The notes under the pieces were generated by a model. The model did not search any database and was not told the DNA's origin. It was given only the letters and a program-made list of their open reading frames with translations. DNA of 64,000 bases from Azolla caroliniana. Taxonomy: Eukaryota; Plantae; Polypodiophyta. The stretch is taken from assembly GCA_043228905.1 (NCBI GenBank), contig JBHGNT010000021.1:10912001-10976000 (forward strand), given 5' to 3'. The position numbers and the translations under genes are program-made. Each line of letters starts with the position of its first letter. Position 1 is the first letter of the stretch. This document shows, in pieces, positions 13,101 through 25,525 of this stretch.

Positions 13101-14364
13101 AGTGCCAGCACACCCGAAGCGTCAACACAGCTGTGCATACTCGCGTACACCCGAAGCATCAACACGGTCGTGCATACACGCGTACGCTCGAAGCATGCAC
13201 ACCACACAGTGCCAGCACGCCCGAAGCGTCAACAAAGCCGTGCATACTCGCGTACACCCAAAGCGTCAACAAAGCCGTGCATACTCGCGTACACCCAAAG
13301 CGTCAAGACGGTCGTGCATACTCGCGTACACCCGAAGCGTCAACACGGTCGTGCATACGCAAGCACGCCCAAAGCGTACGTCTAAAGCGTCAACATGGCC
13401 GTGCATACACAAGCACGCCCGAAGCGTCAACACGACCGTGCATACTCGCGTACACCCGAAGCGTCAACACGGCCGTGCATACACGCGTACGCCCGAAGCG
13501 TCAACACGGCCGTGCATACTCGCGTACACCCGAAGCGTCAACACGGCCGTGCATACACGCGTACGCTCGAAGCATGCACACCACACAGTGCCAGCACACC
13601 CGAAGCGTCAACAAAGCCGTGCATACTCGCGTACACCCAAAGCGTCAACAAAGCCGTGCATACTCGCGTACACCCAAAGCGTCAAGACGGTCGTGCATAC
13701 TCGCGTACACCCGAAGCGTCAACACGGTCGTGCATACGCAAGCACGCCCAAAGCGTACGTCTAAAGCGTCAACATGGCCGTAACACGACCGTGCATACTC
13801 GCGTACACCCGAAGCGTCAACACGGCCGTGCATACACGCGTACGCCCGAAGCGTCAACACGGCCGTGCATACTCGCGTACACCCGAAGCGTCAACACGGC
13901 CGTGCATACACGCGTACGCTCGAAGCATGCACACCACACAGTGCCAGCACACCCGAAGCGTCAACACAGCTGTGCATACTCGCGTACACCCGAAGCGTCA
14001 ACACGGCCGTGCATACTCGCGTATACCCGAAGCGTCAACATGGTCGTGCATACACGCGTACACTCGAAGCATGCACACCACACAATGTAGCCCAAGTCAC
14101 CTTGAACGTACTATGCTCCACATATTGATAGAATGAATATGTTTTGGTTTCCCTTATATATCCTGCGTTCCAATGTTGACCTATCTATGTGGGATATCTC
14201 ATAGTTTGTATTTCTTTTTCTTTTTCTCTTCAAACTTCTCACTCACAGAACTGGATACTTATTTATCTAATTCGTGCGTAGTAAAATACATCATGAAGCT
14301 CTTGAACACATCTATCTTTCCATATCAATATATTAAGCTAATCGTAAATAATTATTTTATTAGT
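10124..14364 (-). repeat. Main part of the 3' LTR of gypsy A (U5 tip missing; last 36 bp at 19755-19790)
   Basis: 10124-10670 matches 25620-26165 and 14086-14364 matches 26401-26679; includes short TTTAGTTGCATG repeats near 10480-10625. Confidence 0.9.
10864..14085. repeat. About 3.2-kb GC-rich minisatellite inside the LTR; core 37-bp unit CCCGAAGCGTCAACACGGCCGTGCATACTCGCGTACA with variant and higher-order units
   Basis: Direct tandem repetition is visible. The unit lacks stops on the + strand, which explains the long repetitive ORFs. Confidence 0.97.
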
Positions 14365-17300
14365 TGTTGTAAAACGGTGCTCGGCCACAACCGAGGAATA
14401 GGATCAACTCACAGAAAAACAGGAAATACAAAATGCACGAGTACAATAGAGAGAAGAGTACACTGGATGTTTTACGTGGAAAACCCTAAATGGGAAAAAC
14501 CACGGGAGTCCTCGAACTCCAACTATCACTATAAACAGAGGTGTCCAATGGTGAAGCTACAAGGCAACAACCTTGAGCTCACTGTCTTCGCCACAGGCGG
14601 CGGTAATACACAGAGGCAACGACCTCTTCGTCTCTCTCTCTCTCTCTCTCTCGGCTGCTCTCTTCACTCCCTCTCTGAGTGAAAAACCGAAAAAAAAATG
14701 AGCAACAACATAAAACTGTTTGCCCTAAGTCATACTTATACACATATGACTTTCGGGCTATTTACAACTATAGCCTCAAGGGCCCTTGGCAAACATATTC
14801 ACAAATATGTCCCCGCATCCGGATCTCTCTCCGGGTACATTCGTCATCCGGCTCCGTAACCGGGGTCTTCATCATCCGGATCCGTATCCGGGTACTCTTC
14901 ATCCGGCTTCATGCCGGGTACTCTTCATCATCCGGTTCCGTAACCGCAACCGGGCTTGCCGTCATTCATCTCCGGACATCCCATCCGGAGGGACCGAAAT
15001 CCCAACAAACTCCCCCTTCACTTCGGCATGGGATGTCTCTCCAATCCGACTCTCTTCCGGCACGCTCCCAGCTTGTCGGGTGTGAGTACTTTGGTCAGCA
15101 TATCTGACCCGTTCTCTTCTGTGTGGATCTTCGTCAGCACGAACTCCTGGTCTTCTATCCTTTCCCGGATCTTCGCTGGATGTGCTTCGTCCGGGAGTGA
15201 TAGGCCGCGTTCTTTGCAAGGTGGATGGCACTCTGACTGTCGCAGTAGAGTCGGTACTCCTCTTGCCGGATACCGAGCTCTCTAATGAAGTCCTTCATCC
15301 ATATTATTTCCTTGCCGGCTTCAACAGCCGCCATGTACTCCGCCTCCGTGGTTGACAACGCAACTGTCTTCTGCAGCCTCGACTGCCACGAAACAGCTCC
15401 CACTGCATACGTCATCACATACCCTGATGTGGACCGGCTGGTATCTGCATCAGCCGACATATCCGAATCAGTAAAGCCGTCGAGTTTGGGCTTACCGGAG
15501 CCGAATCGGAGGCACACGTTTGCCGTGCCCTTCAGGTATCGGAGTATCCACTTGACCGCGTTCCAGTGCTCTTTGCCGGGATTGCTCATGTATCGGCTCA
15601 CCACTCCAACTGCATATCCTATGTCCGGTCTTGTACACACCATTGCGTACATCAAGCTTCCGACGGCAGAGGCATATGGTGCTTTCATCATGTCCTCCTT
15701 CTTAGCCTTTGTCTTGGGGCTTTGCTTGCTGGACAACTTGCAGTTTGCCGGGAGGGTTGACCCGACCGGTCTTGCTTCCGACATGTTGAACCGGTGAAGC
15801 ACCTTTGTCACGTACTTCTCCTGTGACAGCCACAACTGCTTCTTCTTCCGGTCCCGGATGATGTGCATCCCTAGTATTTGCCTCGCCGGACCCAGGTCCT
15901 TCATTGAGAAGGTTTGGTGAAGCGCTTTCTTCAGCGTCTGTATCTTGACCTGGTCCCGTCCGACGATCAACATGTCGTCCACGTATAGGAGGAGTATTAG
16001 AGAGTCTCCTCCTTCGAACTTCTTCACAAACACGCAGTGATCGGACTGCGTTTTGTGGTACCCTTCGTCGGTCATGAAGGAGTCGAACTTCCGGTACCAT
16101 TGCCGGGGAGCCTGCTTCAGTCCGTAAAGACTCTTCTTCAACCGGCATACCAGGTGCTCCTTCCCTTTCTTCTCGAATCCTTCCGGTTGCTGCATGTAGA
16201 TCTCTTCTTCGAGGTCACCGTGAAGGAATGTCGTCTTCACGTCCATCTGTTCTACCTCGAGGTCCATGCTTGCCGCTATGCTCAACACCGTCCGGATGGA
16301 GGTCATCTTCACTACCGGGGCAAATATCTCGTCGAAGTCAACGCCCTTCTTCTGCTGGAACCCCTTCACCACGATCCTGGCTTTGTATCTCGGGGGGTTT
16401 CCGGCATCTCCCGGTTTCAGCTTGAACACCCACTTGTTTCGAAGTGCCCGCTTTCCTTTCGACAACTCCACAAGTTCATATGTGTGGTTCTCATGCAGGG
16501 AATCCATCTCCTCCTGCATGGCACTTAACCACCTGCGGCTATGGGTGTCAAGTTTTGCTTCTTCAAAGCTCCCCGGCTCCCCCTCGTCGGTTAGCAGCAC
16601 GTGCTCTGGTTCCGGAAATCTCCGGGGGGCCCTTCTCTCTCTTAGAGGATATCTCCGTTCCGGAGCTTCGGTAACCGGCTCCTCCGTTTCCTCTTCATCC
16701 GAATCCATTTCGGGATCGGGGCCGGTTCCGGTATCAGTTTCATCTTCCTCGGCCGGTTCTGTTTCTTCACCGTCTTCGGCCGGATCCTCGAGTGCTAACC
16801 GGTCCCTTGCCGGTCGGGACTGCTCTTCGTAGAGTTGATCCTCACCGGTCGACTTGGAGCTCTTCATCTTCTTCTCCGACTCCCAGTCGGCGAGTGTCTT
16901 GTCCTCCATGAAGATGATATCTCGACTCCTGAATATCTTCTTGTCGACCGGGTCCCATACTCGGTAGCCAAACTCGTCGTCGCCGTAACCGAGGAATATG
17001 CATGGCCGGGTCTTTGGATCTAGCTTTCCTCTCCGGTCCTTTGCCACATGCACATATGCGAGACACCCGAACACCTTCAGATGCCGGTAGGATACTTCCC
17101 TACCGGTCCACACTCTCTGCGGCGTGTCTCCGTCCAAAGGTACTGAGGGTGATCTGTTTATCACGTATGTCGCCGTCGACATTGCCTCAGCCCAAAACCC
17201 CTTGGGTAATTTCGCATGCGCCAGCATACTCCGGACCCTCTCCATTATGGTCCGGTTCATCCTCTCGGCCAGCCCGTTCAGTTCCGGCGTCTTCGGCACA

Positions 17301-19754
17301 GTAAACTCAAGCCGGATTCCCTTCGAGCGACAGTACTCCGCGAACTGCCCCCGGTATTCCCCTCCGTTATCCGCTCGTATCGCTTTCAGCTTCTTGCCGG
17401 ATTCCCTTTCCACTCTCGCGTGGAGTTCTTTGAAGATGCACAACACTTGGTCCTTTGTCTTCAACGGTGCCGTCCACAGCTTCCGGCTGTGGTCATCAAT
17501 GAATGTTACGAAGTACTGGGCTCCGCCATGTGACTTCGTTTCTACTTGACACACGTCAGTGTGCACCAACTCCAATGGTGCGCTACGTCTCGTCGGTGGC
17601 CTTGAGTGGAAGGAGGCTCGGTTCTGCTTACCGGCCAGGCAATCGGTGCACTTCTCCAGATGCACATGCTTCACTGGAATAAGGTTGTCTTCTGCAAGCC
17701 TCTTCATCCCCTTCTCGCTCATGTGGCACAGTCTCTTGTGCCACAGCTCACCGGCAGTGTCAGCTGCCACGTTCAGCTCCTCCGGACATAGCCAGGAATT
17801 CATCAGGTACAGTGTGTTGACTTTCCGGGCCCGAGCCACTATCAGGCTCCCTTTGCTGAACTTCATGACACCGTTCCGGATGCTACCCGTGTAGCCTTCA
17901 TCGTCTAGCCTCCCGGCCGAAATCAGGTTCAATCGAACCTCCGGAACGTGTCGAACATCCTTCAGCAGCATCTTGCATCCGGTTGATGTCATCAGCCACA
18001 CATCTCCTATGCCGGTAATCCGGCATGTACCTTCATTTCCCATCCGGACATAGCCGTGCTCACCGGCTGTGTAGGATGAGAAGTATTTCTTCTCCGGGGT
18101 CAGGTGGAACGACGCTCCGGAATCGACCACCCAGGTCATCTCTTCATCGGCAAGGTTCAGCTCCCTCTCTTCGGTAATGAGCATTATCTCTTCTTCACTT
18201 GCCGCGAGTGCCGTCGTTCCTTTCCGGTCCTACCCTCGCCGATCCGGACCTCTCCGGTCCGTGGCTCCCCGGTATGCACCGTTTCGCTCCGGTGACTTCT
18301 TCGAATCGGTGTCGTCGGCTCCGTTGTCTTTTCGGTAATGCCGACAGTTCTTCCGGAAGTGCCCCGACTTCCCACAGTGGAAGCATGTGGGCCTTCCTCT
18401 TGACTGCGACCGGGTCCCCGACTTCTCCCGTCTTTGCGGACTCCGGTTCCGTTGTCTTCCCCGTTCCGATTCGGTAAGCAGCGCCTTCGAGTCGGAGGCC
18501 GGTTCTTTATCTCTCCGACGCGCTTCTTCGTTCAAAATACTTGTCTTTACCGTTTGTAGGGACAAGTTATCTTCGGTGCAGGAGGTGCTGAGAGTCACCA
18601 CCAAGTTCTCCCAGCTGTCCGGCAATGTACACATCAGGATGATGGCTTGCATTGCATCCTCCAACGGGAACTTGATCGCCGCAAGCTGGTTCACGAATCC
18701 CATGAACGTGCTTACGTGTTCCACCATGCTCTCGCCGTCCCGGTACTTGAGGTTCACTATCTTTCTCATCAGGGAGGTCCGGTTCAACGCATTCTTCCTC
18801 TCGTAGAGGCCCGACAGCTTCCGCCACATCTCATATGCGTTGGTGTCGTTCGCCACGTGTTGTAGAACGCTCACGTCGACGTATTGCCGAATGGTTGCAA
18901 CGGCTTTCCGGTTCAGAAGCCTCCATTCCGTCTCAAGTACCCCCTTGGGTATTTCCGACCTGTCGATCGGTTCATACAGGTCCCGAACAATGAGCAGATC
19001 CTCCATCTTTATCTTCCAGTCGGCGTAGTTCTGCGCATTCAGCACCATCATCCCCGGCTGCCCGCTGCTGCCGCCTTCCATTTTCTGTGTTACCGTTGCT
19101 CTGATACCAAATGTTATAAAACGGTGCTCGGCCACAACCGAGGAATAGGATCAACTCACAGAAAAACAGGAAATACAAAATGCACGAGTACAATAGAGAG
19201 AAGAGTACACTGGATGTTTTACGTGGAAAACCCTAAATGGGAAAAACCACGGGAGTCCTCGAACTCCAACTATCACTATAAACAGAGGTGTCCAATGGTG
19301 AAGCTACAAGGCAACAACCTTGAGCTCACTGTCTTCGCCACAGGCGGCGGTAATACACAGAGGCAACGACCTCTTCGTCTCTCTCTCTCTCTCTCTCTCG
19401 GCTGCTCTCTTCACTCCCTCTCTAAGTGAAAAACCAAAAAAAAAATGAGCAACAACATAAAACTGTTTGCCCTAAGTCATACTTATACACATATGACTTT
19501 CGGGCTATTTACAAATATAGCCTCAAGGGCCCTTGGCAAACATATTCACAAATATGTCCCCGCATCCGGATCTCTCTCCGGGTACATTCGTCATCCGGCT
19601 CCGTAACCGGGGTCTTCATCATCCGGATCCGTATCCAGGTACTCTTCATCCGGCTTCATGCCAGGTACTCTTCATCATCCGGTTCCGTAACCGCAACCGG
19701 GCTTGCCGTCATTCATCTCCGGACATCCCATCCGGAGGGACCGAAATCCCAACA
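14365..19754 (-). mobile_element. Full-length Ty1/copia element (copia-2, Tnt1/Tork-like)
   Basis: 643-bp LTRs at 14365-15007 and 19112-19754 with about 6 substitutions; TSD TTAGT/CTAGT (the uninterrupted LTR reads CTAGT); PBS TGGTATCAGAGC at 19098-19109; PPT at 15008-15018. Confidence 0.97.
15018..19081 (-). pseudogene. copia-2 Gag-Pol with an in-frame TAG at 18230-18232 and a short frameshifting deletion in RNase H near 15170
   Basis: Gag with CFHCGKSGHFRKNC; VDSGASFH; WHKRLCH; RADNGGEY; YVDDML; KHIQRR then a frame change to IRERIEDQEFVLTKIHTEENGSDMLTK. Confidence 0.93.
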
Positions 19755-19856
19755 CTAGTTTTCATATCGTGTGTGAAAAACCACACGACATTTACCCCCA
19801 CCAAACCTACACATCCACCGGTATGTGCCAATTGTGGTGAGGTTCCTCTTTTTTAA

Positions 19857-22800
19857 TTACTCTTCTTCAACCTCAATGTTCGAGGATACATCATCTAGAG
19901 CTTCGATCTCAAGATTTGGGGCCTGTCTTCTCTGAAAGATCTCGATCCTCTTCCCTGCTATTGGCAAAGCAAGTCGATTTCCATCTAACTCCGCTAAAAA
20001 ATAGGTTGCATTGCTTTCTATTTTCTTGACCATATACGGGCCAAACCATCGTTTTGCGAACTTTCGAGCAGTGCTATATTGATTATCAAGACTACTATCA
20101 TAGACAAGAACCCAATCTCCTTCTTCAATTTTTCTTTGTCGAAGACGATGCTTTCTATCAAAATTCTCCTTGTTCTTCAATCGAGCTTGGCGCAACCGTT
20201 CTATTGCCAACTCGACTTCTTCGGGCCTCTGTTCTAATAGTTGAATCCTCGTGGCTAGCAAGTCTTCCTGACTCATTTCCTCTTGCCATGGCAAAGATGT
20301 CCACGAAGCAACACTTTGCTCGATAGGGATGATTGGTTTTTGCCCTAATATGAGTTCGGTCAGCATATATCCTGTAGTCGTGTTGTGTAGTTCTATCAGC
20401 CCACAATGCATAAGGTAGTAATTGTGGCCAATTCCCCATCTTGCCGTCGCAAGCCTTTGCTAGAGCTTTTACAATTGGACTATGTCCTCGTTCCACCTTC
20501 CCATTTGCATTCGGGTTGTATGCCATGGTGAGCGATAATTTGATGCCTATTCTTGAAAAGAACTCTTTAGCTTCATTTGCATCTAATTCTCCCCTATCGG
20601 CTACTATTTTGCCGACACATCCGCATCGACAAATAACATCTTCAAGGAGAAACCTACAAACCGCCGAAGTTGTTTTATTCCTTAGCGCATGTCCTTCTAC
20701 TTGATTGGTGAGATCCTCTCTTGCTAGCACGAGATATTTCATTTGCCCCAATCCCATTGGCATAACCACTATGTCTACCAACCACTTATAGTGCATTGAT
20801 AATGGATATGTCGGATGAAGTTCATCCCTATGTTGAATATTCGAGTATAATTGGCATTGCTCACATGTTTCAACATAGCTTGCTACATCTTTATAAACAC
20901 CCAGCCATCAATACTTCTCCTTGAGCTTTGCAAATGTGCCCATATACCACGATGACCTGCCCACACACTATCATGAAATTCAGCAATTAGTGTTTGTTGA
21001 TCCTGTTTCTTGCATACCACTCGAAGTGGAGTTCCATTCTTCTTCTTCGGAAACTTCCATAGATGTCCTTCTTTGAGGAAGAACTTGTAGGCCTTCTTCC
21101 TAATTCGGTAGAAGTCTTCCTTTGACCATAATTCATCTTTTGTAAGAGAGCTTAAGTATTTGCCAATTTCGATGAATTCACCCTCATAATCTTCTACTTT
21201 GAACACTACTAGCACCCGAGCACAAGAAACCGTAAAGAAGTTTAGGCCAACATCCTCTTCCTCAGAGTGCAAATCTTCTTCACCCTCATACCTCACCCTT
21301 GACAACATATTGGCCACCACATTATGCTTTCCATTTATATGCCGAATCTCGGGGTTGAGGTACTTGATATAGGCAATCCATCGCAGCATAGCAATATCTG
21401 GTGTAGCACAACCGGATATCATTCTGAGAATAGGTAGACAATCAGTTTCGATTATGACCTCTGTTCCTATAAGGTAGTCACGATCAATTTTAACGGCAGA
21501 TACTATTCCCCATAGCTCTCTCTTTGCTTGGGCATACTTCCTTTTTCTTTTGGTTAACACCTTTGCACCGAATCAGATTGCATACCGATTCTTTTCTTTG
21601 TCTTCTTGGTTTATCACCCATCCAATTCCGGTTGGTCTTGTATCCACCATCACATATATCGAGGTACCTTCGGTGTAGTCGGCTTTTCGTAGTGCCAGAG
21701 CTTCCAATAATAGTTTCTTTAGCTTTTGAACCGCGTAGGTATGCTCATCTTCCCATTCGAACTTCTTCCTTTTCCTTAGTAATCCATACAATGGTTCAGC
21801 GACACGAGCATAATGTGGAATCCATATGTGATAGACTGCACATGCTCCCAAGAATCTTCGCACCTCTGTTTGAGACACACATTCTTCTTTCATCTCTTGA
21901 ATAGTGTTCCCCAATAAGACCCACATAAGTGTCCTACTACCAATATTTCTGGTTGACCAAAGGCAGACTTCTCTCCCGAAAACGTGAGATTTGCATCGTC
22001 AAGCTTTTGCAACACCTTCTCGCTATCCTTGATATGATCGATGACGAATCTTCGGCAACCATCTTCATCTTTTGATTCATCTTTTTCTTCCACCAAGCAT
22101 CCTTTGATTGGAATATCATCTAAGAAGGGCATTGTGATATCAGGGATACAATCCCTCAACACTTTGTTCATGGCATTCACCATGTGGGCTACGGAATTTG
22201 TCGCACCTTGGGGTAAGGTGCACATCCTTACCAACCCGATCAACGTCCTCATTGTCGTTATGTCTCTACTATCCACAACCAATTGAAATTGATCATAGCC
22301 CGAGTAGAGATCACCAATGGAATAGATCGATCTTCCCGCGAAGGCTTCGGCAAATTCATCCACACTTCGGCAAATTCATCCACACTTCGACCAATTCCGG
22401 CATTTCGGATTGTCACCTTGTTGACGGATTGGAGATCTTGAATAAAGCATAAGGACCCGTTCTTCTTCGGCACCGTAAACCATCTATTGGAGTAGGGAGC
22501 ATTGTACGACTCAAGTATTCACATCCTAACCTTTTCCTTTAGAAGCTCAATCAGCTTCGGAATGTGAGCTCTTGGAACCGGTATCGGCTTGAGGTTCCAA
22601 GGTACATGCGGCACCGTAAAAATCACCATCGGCTCTATCATTTTCGGGTCAGCACATCCAATCTCTTATGGAGAGAAGGCAAAGGCTTTCCCATGTCTCT
22701 CAAGCATTCTGCGGAACATTCTCTCCTCTTCAAGGAGAAGGAAATCTTCCCTTCCAACTTGTAGCTTTCCTTTTGTCTCTTTGGTGAAGACATGACCTAT

Positions 22801-23290
22801 TGCCTCAGATCATTAGCAACTTCTTTCATCTTCTGCCAGCTATCTTCCGGTAGCGGAACCGCAACTGGCTTGATCTTCTTATCCACCGTTTTATATTTTG
22901 TGTTGACTTCAGCTTCCTCCATCAAGATTCCTCGATTATATTCATCGATGATAGCGTACACGTTGACGGAGTTAACCGAAATCACATTTTGATCATGAGG
23001 GTAGCTCAAGTCCACAACTTCCTCGATTTCGCCGATGGTGTCATTAAATGAGGCTTCCTCTAGAATATGAGACACAAATTCTTCTTCTTCGATTATGCTT
23101 TCTTCTTTCAGCATCTTCTCGAAGTCTTGTATCCAACGCTTGTCCTTCTTGTTGAGTAGTGTTAGTTTACATGTGCCACTAGGTGTCACACATGTTGCTT
23201 CTCCTTGCGATCTACTTATTTTGCTTCCTTGTGGGAACTTATGATTGCTCGGACTATTTGTGCCCCACGCTTCAATAGTCTGCTCTAAAA
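19857..23290 (-). pseudogene. gypsy A pol (RT-RNase H-integrase), several stops and frameshifts
   Basis: Fragments 22797-23189, 22258-22473, 21890-22363, 21573-21926, 20883-21560, 20158-20796 and 19857-20411 carry RT, RH (ETDCLP), IN (ADRGEL, NGKVERGH) and the C-terminal WFGPY motif; no chromodomain seen. Confidence 0.92.
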
Positions 23291-23294
23291 ATCC
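23231..23294 (-). promoter_or_regulatory. Putative -1 programmed ribosomal frameshift signal (G GAU UUU, 7-nt spacer, H-type pseudoknot)
   Basis: GGATTTT directly before the Gag-PR TAG; the -1 frame is open into RT; stem GACTATT/AATAGTC and loop GTGGG pairing with downstream CCCAC; conserved at 63871-63936. Confidence 0.75.
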
Positions 23295-25468
23295 GAGGAT
23301 TCGCCTCCAAGGCTATCTCGGTTCCTTTCGTGATTAGCCCGCACCGTAAGGAATTGAACAGACCTTTGATTGTCAAGGCTCTTGACTCGCGTGAAGGCCG
23401 CTCCATTATCGAACACCTTAGTCTCCATCCAGGACGATGTGATATATGGTTGTCCTAGGATGACGGGATGTGAAGTGGAGTCTTGCACGAAGAAGTGTTG
23501 ATCCATCTCCACATCTCCGATCGTGACTTTAACATTGGGGCAAGCTCTGTACAGGTCTTCCGTGGCCTTCGTTGCCGCTCCTATCTTCCATCCGTGGTTT
23601 GTGTTGATCGGCCATCTTCCTTTCTTGTAGAATTCGGTCGACATGAGGTTGATCTCCGAACCATGGACAATCAAGGCTACCATGGTTTCTTTCTTCTCTC
23701 CGATCTTCACCGGCGTCTCCGTTGTCGCTCTTGCCCAATGAGGCCGAGAGTAATGGCTATCCGCCATCACTTCTTCTTCCTCTTCCTCTTCCAATCTTGC
23801 CATGGTTATGGCACTTGTTTTCATCTCCTCTTCATCCAATTGTTGTCGCTTCCGCTTAATCAAGTCCACGATAGTATCGTGGAACTCCTTTTTAGCGATC
23901 CCAAGTAGCTCTCTCAAAGTAAGGTCGACATGACTGTCTAAAACCTTCTCCTCAAGGACCTTCCGCAAGTCGGTTGTTTGTTCTATGTCCGACCTTAGCT
24001 TGTAAGTTGGTGCCACTGGTTCTTTTCCTTTCTTCACAGATGTATCGACTTCCATCCGAGAAGGTTTGCTCAATCCACCAGGCTTCATACTTGTTTCTCC
24101 TATCTCTTTTCGTGGCGTAGGTTGGGCTTGTCCTTCTTTCCCTGCATTCCTCGTATTGTGACGGTTTGATGTGCCATCTTCTTCACTAGTTCTTTTCCTC
24201 TTCTCTTCATCAAGAGCTTCATAGTTGTCACACACAACCTCTGCAAAGCTTGTGTTATCGTCGACTGGATCCGACCATCCGGTAACTCGTCGCACATTCC
24301 GATCAGCATGTTTTAGATCCTCCAAATCTATTTTTCCTTTCTTTTCGCACTCGAATACCATTGGCCAAAACCCAGCTCCCGGCTTGATCATCTTTAGATT
24401 CTCTCTTCCGACTCGTATTCCCGCTGATGCAGCATAGTGCATGGCTTCCACATGCCTTGCATCTTCCTCTTCCACGATCTTTTTCAGCCCGCCTCTTCCG
24501 AAGTTCACTCGTAGTGGCTTTTGGGTTTCGCTCGAGTGAATTATGTTGCCGTCCAAATAGACGACATTCTCGCGAATCGCGTCTTGCAAGTCAGTGCACT
24601 CCCTTCGCGAGTGCTCGAAGCTATCGCACCACACACATCTATACGCTTCTTTTCCCTTGGGCCCGTGTCGACCTAAGTTGGCCAACGATACCGCTTCAAA
24701 CTTCTTGGAGAGCTCTTCGATTATGGATTCTTCCATTGCTTTCTTGTCGAAATTGTTGATCGGCTTGCTAGGCTCGATCATCATAGGCGCCTTCCTCCTC
24801 CACGATTGTGGATTCTCCATATCAGTTTCTTCTTGCCATTGTCGACAGTTATCAAGACGGCTACAAGCCTTCTTCACCGCCGCCCAGTCTGCTACCAAGC
24901 CATTTGGTTGTGTTTCATCCTCCAAAAAGTTACCCAATTCACGCCGATCTTTCGCATCCACTACCTTCAGGAATAGTAGGACTTTATCTCCATTGAGAAC
25001 TCGTTGATCAACAATCGGAAGCTGGTTATACTTTTGGTCGAACTCAGCATATACTGCAGACGCACACATATTCTTCCCTTTCTTCTCGATCCAAGACGTT
25101 AGCGTATGTCGAGTCATCCGTGATGCGTCTTCAAGCATGTATTCAGCAAGAAGCGCCTTTTCGAACTCCGCCCAAGTTGCATGCTCGTTTTGGATCTCCA
25201 TGACGCGCTCGCGGATCCCTGGTTCCACCACACGTTTGAAACTAGAAATTTGTTTGAGATCATTAACATCCCTTTGTTACATCTCATTCCGACAGGTAGC
25301 AAGAAAATCCGTGATGTTCTTGCCAACAAATCGTCCAGCTATCTCGACAGTATGATCAACAACTTTGTCGATTAAAGCTTCTCGATCTCTCACCTTTAGC
25401 ATGTATTCCACTATGAACACCATGCCTTTCGTTAATTCCTCTCCTTGAGTTCCGCTTGTGGAAGCCAT
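23285..25468 (-). pseudogene. gypsy A Gag-protease ORF (one in-frame stop at 25277-25279; catalytic Asp appears mutated, LIVHGS)
   Basis: 648-aa ORF with knuckle CVWCDSFEHSRREC, protease-like ALIVHGSEINLM and VILGQPY; upstream MASTSG segment is in the same frame. Confidence 0.85.
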
Positions 25469-25500
25469 TGTTGCACTTGATATCCTCCCTACCGCCGCTT

Positions 25501-25517
25501 TCACGTCGGGTTCACCA
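25501..25517 (-). promoter_or_regulatory. PBS complementary to the tRNA-Trp 3' end
   Basis: Minus strand TGGTGAACCCGACGTGA matches the plant tRNA-Trp(CCA) 3' end as recalled; 8 nt from the LTR. Confidence 0.85.
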
Positions 25518-25525
25518 CTTAATTA

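Noticed and set aside
10679-14136. Many long overlapping ORFs (up to 483 aa) and a superficially CRISPR-like 37-bp periodicity
   Set aside because: The ORFs come from a stop-free tandem unit and appear in all three frames. The units are contiguous with no unique spacers, there are no cas genes, and the array lies inside a plant LTR.
18230-18232. In-frame TAG between copia-2 gag and pol as programmed readthrough
   Set aside because: It sits in a DRRG-x repeat and is simply explained as a point mutation (for example CAG>TAG). There is no CARYYA context, only one copy is available, and the element has another lesion.
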